NCBI RefSeq assembly: GCF_006345805.1
Contig: NC_043001.1
Location: 51,150,001-51,214,000, forward strand
Reading direction: 5' to 3'
DNA length: 64,000 nucleotides
Source of the DNA: Octopus sinensis
Taxonomy: Eukaryota
The translations under genes were made by a program, and so were the position numbers. Under the pieces are notes generated by a model, which worked only from the letters and a program-made list of their open reading frames with translations, was not told where the DNA came from and ran no database searches. Shown here piece after piece: positions 26,833-39,380 of this stretch; the stretch's first letter is position 1; every line of letters begins with the position of its first letter.

Positions 26833-27562
26833 CTGGAAGATAAATGAATCACACACTTAACAACAATGAAATTAACTGTAAAAAGATGAATTATACCTAC
26901 CTACCTATCCACATACATACATATATAATCCCTCTCACACACATACACAAACACACACACACACACACACACACAGACAGACATATTTCTACATATGTAT
27001 ATACATGCATACATACATATATATATTTATATAACAAGAAAAAGGAATTAAACTAATGGAATTTAACTAATCTTGGATTGCCTTGATAACATTGTTTTAA
27101 CATGTATATTCAGCTATATTAATTTGATTGATATTCGCTGTATCTAAATATGTTGCTACAACAGAAATGATCAATGGTATTATATGGTAGAATCACCAAT
27201 TAAAGATCACGCCTCTGCTCACGAATAAATCGTGCTTTATATATATCTTAGTTAAAAGCTATAAATATTTTTTTATCTTTGTTTTTAACTCTTTACATGT
27301 TTTAACTCTTCATATGCATTATCTGTCTGTGTATACATGTATGTGTGTGTGTGAATGTGTGTGAATGTGTGTATGTGTGTGCATGTGCTTGTTTGTACGT
27401 GTGTGTACATGTGTGTATGTTTGTGCATGCATATGCATGTGCATGCTTTTGTTTGTTTACATGTGTATTATTTGTGTGTGTGTGTGAAAAACCACCACTT
27501 CCATAGTTTCCTCACTCGATGAAGAAGGGATTGGGCCATTGCCGAGCAGTGGTTCATTATCT

Positions 27563-27601
<39 letters not shown>

Positions 27602-28010
27602 TGTGTGTGTGTGCATGAGTGTGTGTGTGTGCATGTGTGCATGTGTGTGTGTTTGGCTTTAAACTCATTTTTGCCCAGGAGATAAACTTCAACCTACTCC
27701 CAGGGTCTGACGTCGTTCTCTTAAGGCTTCTTACAAATACTCTCATCAGAAACTGTTGTAGTTCAGATTTAGATAAGTGCCCACCACATTCCATACTCAG
27801 CTGATTCAGCCAAGCAGTGTGATTGTATCTGCAATGATGTGAATGCTATACAAATTCTTTGACCACACAAACAACCATTATCAATTTTTCCCAAAACTAT
27901 CAAATATAAAGATATTTTTCTCTTTTTAAATTTCCAGGTAGATGGATTCAAATGAAAAAAATATATATAAGGAAAGTGTGTGAAGATATATTTTAATTTT
28001 GCATACTTAC

Positions 28011-28041
28011 ACATTCTCAGTAGATTTGCGGTCAATTGTCC
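28011..28041 (-). CDS. Cytoplasmic microexon 9 (31 nt, phase 1-2), GTIDRKSTEN
   Basis: Acceptor ctatttatttacag|, donor |gtaagt; paralog of 31368-31398. Confidence 0.85.
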
Positions 28042-28435
28042 CTGTAAATAAATAGATTTGTTAAATGTAAAGAGAAAAAATGAATTGAGAGAGAAAAAAA
28101 CAAACTCATCACAATTGATGGCCACCTACATATTAGCAGGCATGGTTTTATGGTAAGAAGGTTGATTATCAATCACGTGATCGATGCCAGGGCCCCTTGA
28201 CTGGTTCCCATGCTGCTGGCATGTAAAAAGCACCATCTGAACATGGCTGATGCCAGTGCCCCTGTCTGGCTCCTGTGCTGGTGGAATGTAAAACGTACCA
28301 ACTACACTCTCAGAGTGGTTGGCATTAGGAAGGGCATCCAGCTGGAGAAACATTGCCAGATTAGATTGGAGCCTGGCTCTCCAGTCCACAGTCAAACTGT
28401 GCAACCCATGCCAGCATGGAAAACAGACATTAAAT

Positions 28436-29400
28436 TTCGTTGGTCTCACTCATTTCCTCCTATACTTCAGACTTGATTTCAGTAAAAGTGACCCTGCTTC
28501 TCTCTGAGTTCTGTAGACGTTGCTGGTGCAGGCATTGCTTTTTGTCTAGCAGCTTCTGAATGTCCTCTTTGTGCTCCTAGGACAAATGTATGTCAGGGAG
28601 CCGCTTTTTGCATATGACTTAGTGCATGTGGCCAGCAGCATTGGGGACATACGATGCATTGTGGACCAATTTTCTTGGGCAGCACACGTGTTTGATTTCA
28701 AGATCAACACTTCAAAGACTAAGCTACTCTACGAGACCCCACCAAGATGTCCTATTAGATTGAGATTACCTGAGAAAGTGATAGTACTTGGAGAGCTCCT
28801 AAAGTACACTCTGTGGCCTTTACCTCTCTCAAGAGCACAGTGACTTGTACTAATTCTTCTGACTTCAAAGTTGACTGGCAAATACACTCTCCCACAAAGG
28901 CTTTTGATACTCTTGAGAAGCATCTATGGAGCTGCTATGATTCTTCCCACAACACAAAGATTAAGTTGTGCAGTGCTCCAGTACTCTCTTACCTCCTCTA
29001 TGCCATAGATTGCATGGTCCTCAACTGCAGACACATCAAGAGCCAGACATGAGTCCAATTTTGTCGTCGGCACTCCATCTTACATATAAGATGGTGGGAT
29101 TGCATTTCTAATGTAGAGGTCCTACACTGCTCTGGTGCAGTTAATGTGGAGGCCCTTATTAATCTCACTGCAGCAGCACTGGGCAGAACATGTTTCCAGG
29201 TTAGAAGGCAGCAGGCTCCCAAAAGCAGTTTTCTATGCTGAACTGCATCAGAACAGGAGAAGCCATGGTGGCCATGGTTGCAATACAGGGATGTGCTAAA
29301 GGACTTCAGTGTTTGTCCAGACAACTGGGAGGAGAAGGCCCTCCAGTACATTAAATGGCACTGATTACTGATGTTCATAATTCTAGTTATTGAGGAGAAC
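28436..29400 (+). mobile_element. RTE (BovB-like) LINE 3' fragment with an inverted 5' segment
   Basis: 28577-29400 sense: RE.LFAYD, FDFKINTSKT, KSTVT..NSSD.KVDWQI, LWS...S.NTKIK, VL..LLYA. 28436-28576 antisense: EHKEDIQKLLDKKQCLHQQRL...FTEIKSEV*EEMSE, resembling the RTE ORF2 region upstream of RT. Confidence 0.75.
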
Positions 29401-30760
29401 AACAGAGAGAATATGAAATAGCTCATGGAAGGTATCACTTCTCAATTGTGTCAAGTAACTTAACCTGCAGTAGATCAAGAGCAGGTCTTGTAGTCCACAC
29501 GGGAGCCCGCCAGAGGTGATTCCTTAACAGACTAGTCAACATTGACCTACAACGGACAGCTGCCATCACCAACATTACATAGTGTTTATATGAAATTACG
29601 TGATGTTTGTGTTGTCACTTCCTGTTTTTATTGCAAAAAATTTCCTTTTTTAAGGACAATTTACTTTCACTATTTTACAATGGTAAACTGCATGTTAACC
29701 ATGTGTACATGTATGTGTGTGTAGTTTTCTTATGTAGAATCATGCTGTTCCAGACTTGAGCTGATCATCTCTGTTGATTATTTAGACTTATGACTGTGTA
29801 ATAAATCTAAATAAATAAATGGATATGGCCAGTGAATAAACTCAGAGTACTTTGATGGGATTAATTCAATGAATTAAAAACAAACTGTGTAAAAGATAAC
29901 TTATTTTGATACAAAATTGCTATGTACATCTCTGTTGGCAATTATGTGTCTTTTCTCAGATGTATGTGCATATGCACACACATGCACATTCACCATACCC
30001 ACATGCAGATGCCCAGAGAGAGAGAGAGAGGAGGGGAGGTTTGTTGCAGATCAAGATAGTTCAATGCAATTGTGGGTAATTTCAGTATGAATTATTTACA
30101 AGAAACATAAATAATTTATGGCTTGGCATCAAAATTGAGATTTATAAAGAAAATAAAATAATAGAAATCTTCATTTGCTGAGTGCACACCCAAAATTATA
30201 GCTCAACTCCAATGGAAATTATAATCAACTTTTTATTTTGCAAATTGTAATGAGTGGATTTAAAAATCTACCAGGGTTTTACTCTCATTCAATACAGTAG
30301 CTGCAGGCTAGAAGTGGCCTTGTGGCAGGCCCTGCATCAGATGGCTGGGCATGATTGGGGAAGATCTCTACAGTCTTGACATCACTTTGGAGGATGCAGA
30401 GGGGCTGCCCCCGATGAAGAGCACTGGTTGACCTGATCAGCTCTACACATAATGATGTCTTTGGGGCCACTAACCTGGGATGACCCCAGCCCCATCAAAA
30501 AAAAGCATGAAGCAAAACCAAGCCAAGATCAAATAAATAAATGTAAGCATGCTTTGCAGGATGGGAATATTTATGAGATGGATGATTTGTCTGTAGGTGG
30601 TTGTCAGACAGATGGGTGGAATATGAGGGCATTTTGGCCATTCCACAATCATCTCTCCTGCATAATCTTCTTATTCTTCATGATTACCATGATTCTATCA
30701 TTTAAGCAGTTAAACTAATTAATGTTATTAAATTTAGAGAATAATGAAGAAAAATCTCAC

Positions 30761-30810
30761 CTTCATTTTGAATGCGCTTCAGAGAATTTACAGACTTCGG
30801 GCTTAAATAC
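30761..30810 (-). CDS. Cytoplasmic microexon 8 (50 nt, phase 2-1), EYLSPKSVNSLKRIQNE
   Basis: Acceptor gtttgttttccag|, donor GAAG|gtgaga; paralog of 26783-26832 with synonymous differences (CCG/CCA, TCT/TCA, TCT/TCC). Confidence 0.9.
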
Positions 30811-30984
30811 CTGGAAAACAAACGTATCAAATACTTATCAATGAAGGTGACTAAGAAAACAAATTATATAATTTGACATATAAGTAAAAAATAATAATTG
30901 AAGCCATTTCATGTAACATAAGAGACAATACCAAATATGAAGTGAAAACTTTGAGAGAGAGAGTGTGTGTGTGTGTGTGTGTGT

Positions 30985-31028
<44 letters not shown>

Positions 31029-31367
31029 GCTTTAAAACCATTCTTGTTCTGGTCATAAGCTTCACCTACTCCCTGGATCTGATGTTGTTTTTTATGTAAA
31101 ATTACCTTTAAATGCTCTCATCAGGAGCTGTTGTAGACTAAGATAAGTGCCCTCTACATGGCATGCTCAGCTGACTTGGCCATGCAGTGTGATATTGTAT
31201 CTGGAATGATGTGATTGCAACACAAATTCCTTAACCACATAAACTATCATTAATTTCACCCAAACCATCAGATTCTTTCTCTTTGTAAATTTCAAAGTAG
31301 ATTTCTTAAAGTAGAAAAAAAAAAAAGACAAAGAATTGTAAAGATTTTTTAAAATTTATATACTTAC

Positions 31368-31398
31368 TCATTCTGGGTAGCTTTGAGCGCTTTTGCCC
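31368..31398 (-). CDS. Cytoplasmic microexon 7 (31 nt, phase 1-2), RAKALKATQN
   Basis: Acceptor ctttatttacag|, donor |gtaagt; paralog of 28011-28041 with identical length and splice sites. Confidence 0.85.
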
Positions 31399-31498
31399 CT
31401 GTAAATAAAGTGATTTGTAAAATATTAATATCATTATATAATTACATATTTTTCTCTGTATAGATACATTAGTATATCAACATATATTTAAATATATA

Positions 31499-31835
31499 CA
31501 CGAAGAGTTGTTAAACAAATTCAGACATTCTTTTATTCCATTCATTTTAATCCTTATTTTTCATCAATATTTTTAACAAATAAATCAATAACATATTCTC
31601 TTTCATTGTTAACAACTTCTTGTCAATGTTCCACCAGCTTGTTAATGTTTTGACAGTAAAAAAAAACATTGGATTTTGATTCGAATTCGTCTAGCCACAT
31701 TTTTCAGCTTTACATTGTTGAATAAAACACATTGCAGGCTGTTAGGGAGTGATGAAAATGTGATAATCCGAAGGCACTACACCAGGAGAATACGGTGGGT
31801 ATGGTAGTACTTCTCAAATGAGCAACTGAGTAGCA
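31499..31835 (-). pseudogene. Decayed mariner 3' fragment
   Basis: Reverse strand gives PYPPYSPGVVPSDYHIF (degenerate HPPYSPDLAPSDYHLF); TIR-like cgaagagttgttaaacaaattc near 31501. Confidence 0.75.
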
Positions 31836-32104
31836 TTTTTGGTCAAATTAATGAGGTGGTAGTGGTAGTGGTGGTGATGGTGGTTTGGGAGTGTTGTCAG
31901 GTTGAAGAAGCAAATTGTGTTAGCCATTAGGTTTGTTTCAGCTGAATTGCTCTTTTGAGTGGGTGTGATGCTCTGCATTGACCATGTGGTATCTGAGCAT
32001 GAAACTTATAGTAGGCCACATTGCTCATATCTAAATCCTGAGTGTGTTTGTCTGTATCTGTGTACAGATATATATATATTATAATAATAATATATATAAA
32101 ATAT

Positions 32105-32195
32105 ATATTAGAGGTAAAACCACTGTTATGCAATTTAAACAATGATAGACACAAACCACTGAATTGCATAATAGTGGTTTTATCTCTAATTTATA
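32105..32195. repeat. Hairpin element with ~30-bp arms
   Basis: ttagaggtaaaaccactgttatgcaatt / aattgcataatagtggttttatctctaa; a half copy lies at ~34498-34526. Confidence 0.75.
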
Positions 32196-32429
32196 TTTCA
32201 TATATATATATAATAAGGATAAACACAAGTTTATACTATAGTTCCTATGCACTTTCCACCCTTGTGGTTGATTGGGGCCCTGCAATAAATGTTCTAAGTA
32301 CTTTTCTCAACTACAATGGATTATCAGGTAACACTTTTTCTCATTAAGTTACAAATAACCATGTCTACACATATGTGTGTGGGGGGTGCATGTGTCTGTG
32401 TATGAACAGAGAGTACTGAGCAAAATGGC

Positions 32430-32476
<47 letters not shown>

Positions 32477-33179
32477 TTAACGTCTACATTCCATGCTGGC
32501 ATGGGTTGGATGGTTTGACAGGAACAAATGTGTCCATTGACTGCATTGTTTCAGTGTCTGCTTTGGCATGGTTTATATGGCTGGATGCCAACCACTTTAC
32601 AGTGTGTCCTGAGTACTTTGTTCAATCCACCAGCCCTATTGATGTTGCCATACATCCTGCATGGCTAGTAACTCCAAGGGGCAACTTTATACAAGGAAAT
32701 GAAGGGTTAATGTATGAGAGAAGAACAGATTTTCTGCTGTAGAAGATCAACATGCCAACTTACATTTTAGAAGAGGAGATGGAAGTGATCGATAGGGAAA
32801 GTAGGAGGTAGCTGACAATGCAATAAAAGTGGAGTGGGAGAACAGCAGAATAGTAATAAGGACTAAGTAGACAGGAGAGGGACAAGAGAGAAATGACATA
32901 TAGTTGGCTACCCATATTTTAGAAGAGAGGATGAAAGTGATCAGGTGGAGCTGGAAAGAGATAAAAATAGTAACAATGAGGTGTCAGGGTAGACTGTCAG
33001 TGTAGGAAATGAGAAGTGAGTGGAACAGAGGAATTTGAATGTGAGTGAATGGAAGTTGTAAGAGTGAGAAATGGGGAATAAATGAGAAGGGAGGTAAGTG
33101 ACAATTGTAAAGATTCCGTATGGTTGAAGGGTGGATGTAGAGAATGGGGCATAAAGGTTGGGGATGAACAATAAGGCAT

Positions 33180-33472
33180 GAGTTAGAGGAGACAGGGGAA
33201 GTAGGAGGTAACTGAAATTGTTGTAAAAGTGGAGTGGGAGAAAGCAACAGAGTAATAATGAAGATTTAGTAGACAGGAGAGTGACAAGCGAGAGATGACA
33301 TGGAGTTGGATAAGTTGCAACATTGTAGAAAGAGGAGAGCATAATAAAATATAGTCCTTTCAAGGAATATGTTAAAATCAATCCTAAAAAGGCTTATATC
33401 TTTATTGTGTAGAAGAGTAGAGGCTAGTGTTTTATTAGTAGAATGGTACAAAAGTGTTTGGTGTATGTATTT
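33180..33472 (+). repeat. 293-bp segment duplicated identically at 35535-35827
   Basis: No difference seen by eye; ORFs 33266-33451 and 35621-35806 give identical 61-aa peptides at an offset of 2355 bp. Confidence 0.92.
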
Positions 33473-33523
33473 GTTGGATTTAATGGACTTGCTTGTTACA
33501 ATGAAGAGAGAACAGAAACTTAC

Positions 33524-33561
33524 TGTCCATATCTATGTAGCCAATTTCTGCATATATAGGT
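33524..33561 (-). CDS. Cytoplasmic microexon 6 (38 nt, phase 2-1), EPIYAEIGYIDMD
   Basis: Acceptor attttctttctttttcag|, donor |gtaagt; encodes a YxxI motif preceded by acidic residues. Confidence 0.8.
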
Positions 33562-33785
33562 CTGAAAAAGAAAGAAAATAGTATTTAGTAAGTGTTGGAT
33601 GTGCACATGTGTGTGTGTATGTATGCACATGTGTTTCAACCTCTATCACCATAATTCTCATCATCATCTCTTCATTATTATTTTCTCTCTTTCTCCCTCT
33701 CTGCACTAATATACATAAATACGCACACTCATACACACATGTTATTTCATGTGCAAAATATTTAAATAAGAGCTATTAATAGCTT

Positions 33786-33935
33786 CATACCATAGTGACA
33801 TGATAATTCAACAGATTTATATAATGTGCCTTGTGCCTGCAAGCAATCTTTCAGCCTAAGTGATTGCTTGGAGGGATAGACAAGGCACGTTATATAAATC
33901 TGCCAAAGTATCATGTCTCTGTGGCATGATACTAT
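33786..33935. repeat. Small palindromic element
   Basis: catagtgacatgata..cagatttatataatgtgccttgt mirrored by acaaggcacgttatataaatctg..tatcatgtctctgtg. Confidence 0.75.
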
Positions 33936-34542
33936 TGGTAGTTCTTATTTAAATTTTGCATACGTTAAAAGACATTAATCTTTCATTTGATAGAGTACAT
34001 GTTTTGTTGATCCTATGAATAATGAAATAGTAAACTATACATATATACATACATACATGTAAAAGTGAAGACCTCCTTTGGTAATGAATGACCATGGGAT
34101 TGGACCTAGCAAGTTCCCTTCTGAGGCACAAGTCTGGGTAAGGTTGTTTATGGAAGTTTCCCATGCATACCACCCTCCCCTCTCCATGACACCGATGTTA
34201 TCCAAGGGAAAGGGACTAGTGAGGCTAGTGACATCGCAACTCATTTCTACAGCTGAGTGAACTGGAGCAATGTGAAATAAAGTGTCTTGCACAAGAACAA
34301 AACACACAGCCTGGTCCAGGAATTGAACTCACTACTTCATGATTGTGATCCAATGCCCTAACCACTGAACCATGTATCTTCACACATACATAGATACATA
34401 TATATGTATGTACATACATAATAATAATAATATAATAATAATAATAATAATAATAATTATAATAATAATAATAATATTAGGGAGTATAGCTGTTTGAGTT
34501 GCATAATAGTGGTTTTATCTCTAATTCATATTATATATATAT

Positions 34543-34577
<35 letters not shown>

Positions 34578-35425
34578 CCATAATATATATATATATACCA
34601 TAGTAAGCAAATAAATGTGAAACAAGGTGGAGAAAAATAATACTAGAATACCATTGAATACCAGAGGTAGAGTAATATGCTTTATTATTAAAGCTGCAAA
34701 AATATCACAAAACTATCACAAAAAAACTGCTACTCAGAGTTTCACATTCCCATTTGTTGGGCAGATGTGATCTAGAATGGAAATAGTATTAAAGTCGTAT
34801 GTCTAATATATTATGATACAATTCACATTGACAGATACATATTTGAGTTTGATTGGTTGTTTTAACTAATGATTTTTTTGAAAAAATGCAATGATATGAA
34901 CAATAAAATAAAATAATTAAGTCATAAAAATCGTGTTATATAAAATTGAAGAAAACCTTAAATCAAAAAAACTTAAGTTTTAAAAAAGAAAACATTCATG
35001 CCTAGAGTAAATTAATTAATGGTAAATAAGTTTAATTAATATAAGTACTATAAATATAAATCTGAGATATTAAATTTCTAAATGTCTCAAAGAGACATGA
35101 GCAGTGCTGGAGCGATTGAGTGATTGTATACTGTCAACTTAAAATGACAGACCCGTATGGGAATTACACCACCGCTGTTTAGCCCTAGGAAGTATCGAAT
35201 GCTTCCTGTCGGCTTTGACATATTTTTTGTGTTTTTTAAAAAATATTCACTTACAAAAATCTTTATACATAGCTACATAGACACACATTATTCACATACA
35301 TACAAATGCATACACACATCATTTGCACACACTCAAACATTCTATTTTATTAGCATTATTACACATTTGAGAATAAATTATTTCTGTATCTTTATATATT
35401 CATATGTATATATGTGTGCGTGTGC

Positions 35426-35504
<79 letters not shown>

Positions 35505-35824
35505 TATGTAAGAAGTACATGTAAGAGTATGTAAGAGTTAGAGGAGACAGGGGAAGTAGGAGGTAACTGAAATTGTTGTAAAAGTGGAGTGGGAGAAAGC
35601 AACAGAGTAATAATGAAGATTTAGTAGACAGGAGAGTGACAAGCGAGAGATGACATGGAGTTGGATAAGTTGCAACATTGTAGAAAGAGGAGAGCATAAT
35701 AAAATATAGTCCTTTCAAGGAATATGTTAAAATCAATCCTAAAAAGGCTTATATCTTTATTGTGTAGAAGAGTAGAGGCTAGTGTTTTATTAGTAGAATG
35801 GTACAAAAGTGTTTGGTGTATGTA

Positions 35825-36092
35825 TTTTTTGAAAAAAATTTTTCATTTCTTCATTATTATTAGTGCTTTTGTTTGTTTTTCAAACTTGTCAAATAGGATT
35901 TCCAATGCCCAAACAGATTACTCATTTATATAAAGCAGATTTTTGTTTTGTTTAGAAGAGAGGCACTTTGCTTCTTTTTTTTGTTTTTTTTAGGTGAGGT
36001 TCCAGGATAATATAGATAGTTAGATAGCTAGAGAGAGAGAGCGAGAGGGAGAGAGAGAGAGACAGACAAACAAATAGATAGATAAATAGATG

Positions 36093-36150
<58 letters not shown>

Positions 36151-36628
36151 TACAGATGGATAGATAGAGAGAGGGAGGAGGGAGGGATGCCACTTCAATA
36201 TTACATGTATTCACAATTTATTTATTTATTTATTTATTTAGTCATTTACCATTGTATTGACATGGGTTCAAGCATGGTGACCTCTCCAAGATATCAGTTC
36301 TAGGATGGGGAAAATAATGAGAAAAGAATGAAGTGTGGTCATCACTAAAAGCATTTTTGCTTTGTTCTTTTTCTTCTGGCACCTTAAGAAAAACACAAAA
36401 AACAAAAATGCTTTCATTGATGACCATGCCTCATCCTTTTCTCATTATTTTCTCCATCCTAGAACTGATATCTTGGAGGGGTCACCATGCTTGAGTCCAT
36501 GTCAATGCAATGGTAAATGGCTAAATAAATAAATGGTGAATAGAAGTCAAATTGAAGTGGCATCCCTCCCTCCTCCCTCTCTCTACCTATCTTACTGTCC
36601 ATCCATCCATCCATCCATCCATCCATCC

Positions 36629-36668
<40 letters not shown>

Positions 36669-36677
36669 GTCTATCTG

Positions 36678-36712
<35 letters not shown>

Positions 36713-36906
36713 CCATTGTCCTGGAACCTCACCCAAAGAAAACAAAAAAAAATGGAAACAATGTTCTCCACTTCTAAACAAAACAAAACAAAAACGTTTT
36801 ATATAAATGAACATTCAGTTTGCACATTCACAATCTTATTTCACAAGTTTGAAAAATGAATGAAAGTGTTAATAATAATGAATAAATAAAAAATTTTTTC
36901 ACAAAA
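35825..36906. repeat. ~1.08-kb diverged palindrome
   Basis: Arms of about 540 bp around a ~10-nt loop at 36376-36385. Mirror ORFs 36242-36427(-) and 36335-36532(+) both encode SFSHYF.HPRTDILE.SPCL.PCQ.NGK. Confidence 0.92.
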
Positions 36907-37553
36907 TTCTGGAGACCTTTTTTATCAATATATGTGTGTGTGTGTGTGTGTGTGTGCATTATATATTCCCCCTACCCCACTAACTTCAGCCTACTAGCTT
37001 TTTGCTTTAATACATTCAAATATATCTAAACTGAATTCCTCAAAATGAGGATGGGTTTCTGCTTTTGACAATTGTACTACCTACCCCTTCCTCTATCTAT
37101 AAATAGAAAAAATTCTTGTTTGTCTCCATTCAACCAAGAATAAAAAAAACCCCTCCCCACTGATAGATCTAAATAACAAAGTGAACTCAATGATAAAATC
37201 TACAGGAACATACTACTATCATGTTCTATATATCTACCCTCTTTATAATGTTGGCAAATGAAATAGGGATAAGAATATGCATTGTCCCTTTAATTGGAAA
37301 ATTCTATATGTGGCTGAAGATTGCTCAGCATATTAAAACTGATGTAATACTTACAGTGTTTAATAAAATGAAGCAGCATGAAACAATTGTACTACTCTAC
37401 CTTGGATATCCTTATTGCTTATTTTGATTATAGTCACCCCATTTGATTTATATGAATAATACCATACAAAATTCTGGTGCCTTTAACTTAAGTACCATAT
37501 TCATCTGAATCTAAATTTTGCTGAACTAAATTTCTGAATCTAAATTTTGCTGA

Positions 37554-37594
<41 letters not shown>

Positions 37595-37769
37595 TAAATG
37601 TACATATATATTTATATTTATATGCACTAGAAAATTAAACCTTTTCATACCTACATTAGAGAAATAAATCATATAACACACACACACACACACACACAGG
37701 CATATATATATATATATATATATATATAGAGCAACAAATATAATTTACAAAATATATTTAATATCTTAC

Positions 37770-37794
37770 TCGTCATTTTCCGAGATAAATTCGT
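37770..37794 (-). CDS. Cytoplasmic microexon 5 (25 nt, phase 1-2), DEFISEND
   Basis: Acceptor atttttcttttgcag|, donor |gtaaga; three CpGs in 25 nt within a CpG-poor intron. Confidence 0.75.
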
Positions 37795-38097
37795 CTGCAA
37801 AAGAAAAATATTAGTGAGTGTTAGCATGTGTTCAAGATTAATTTGAATCAAGATTAACATAGTGAAAACATATTTGATTATTTCTACCTGTTTATATAAC
37901 TGATGTATATAATTTGGGGATGGTGCAAGGCATTGGTCATGTGATACAGGTACAGCTGTGTGATTAAGAATTACCTTTGCAGCCTGATGTATCAGTTTCA
38001 ACCCACCACATGCCATATTGAGCATGTGCCTTCTATCTCAACATAGAGTTGACTTGTGAGTGTAATTTTTTTGAAGGAAACTATACTGAAGCCCATA

Positions 38098-38138
<41 letters not shown>

Positions 38139-38140
<2 letters not shown>

Positions 38141-38442
38141 GGGTGCAGTGAATAAACTGTTGTCTAAAAAACCCAAAATAAAAATAACACTGACATTTCA
38201 TTTAGATATATATTTACTCAACAGATATATTTACCAAAATTACATAAAATATCTTGAAATTTTGTAAATAAAATCACTATCAGCTTCAACCACGGCCTCC
38301 AGTCAAGAATCTCCTACAAGTCTTCTGGACGGTCTCCGTGTTGAAACTGGTGAATGCTGCCAAAATCCTTGCTCTCAGTTCATCTTTGGTGTTACAAGGA
38401 GTTTTGTTAGTCTCTTGCTCAACCACGCCCACACGTAATAAT
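38139..38442 (-). mobile_element. 3' fragment of the same DD37D family
   Basis: TIR cagggtgcagtgaataaa; the reverse strand encodes ETNKTPCNTKDELRARILAAF, matching 61640-61790. Confidence 0.85.
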
Positions 38443-39380
38443 ACTAACGAGGCCTTAAGCCAAAAGGTTTTGGGATCTGATGATATGCTATAAAGTTAAA
38501 CAATTTATGGACGTGAAACCCTGGGTAATCCCATAAACCAGCCTTATCTAACTTTATTTATATTATAAATAAAGTTAGATAAGGCTTAGATAAATAAAAA
38601 CTGCACTCTTCAAAAGAATAAGTATAAGGTAAAATTACTACCTGCTTTTATAGGAAGTTGATGCAGGCAGCTTATTCTGTTCCCCTCCGACTTTATTTAA
38701 TGCAATTGAAAAAAACCACATTATTTATAAGATGACCCAATATATGTCACTTGTTAAGGTTATGTCTATAGATTTTTCCATAGAAATTATACCAATTACT
38801 GATTCTGTTATGACATTTCATATCCAAGATGCCTGATGTAAACACCAGTAAGATTGAAGATGAAAAATGGGTAATGGATGTATTTGCCATATTTAACCAC
38901 TTTAACAAGTGATGTAATAGCACTGTGGCCATAATAGTTTTGACTCATAAAAATGTTTAACATGCTTTGTAGCATATAATGGTTGCATAATGAAATACAG
39001 GTCATTAATATGTGTGTGCATGTGCACATGTGTATGTATGTACATATTTATGTATGTACGTGTCTGAATAATGGCTAAGAATACTCTTCCCTTTGGAAAA
39101 TGCCCTCTGAGAACCAAAGGAGTTTATTTCTCACAGAAGGAAGAATACTGCCATTTATGTCATTATATCAATAAAGAAAACTGATCCAACAAGCATGACA
39201 TGCCTATTATTGTACTATTTCTCAGTCAAATAACTCCACTTATTTTATTTTATTGGACTCTACAAACAAACCACATTCCACTCCTACTTCCTGACATAAT
39301 ATGCCCTATTATTAATTGGTGCACAATATCAATGATAAGCTTTTGATGAGAATTCTTTTATCATTTTTAGTTTTTAACTA

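Noticed and set aside
27468-27828. Conserved block in the duplicated region read as an extra exon (YNHTAWLNQLSM...)
   Set aside because: The paralogous copy (31021-31200) has indels and stops in every frame and no good shared donor; better explained as duplicated intron.
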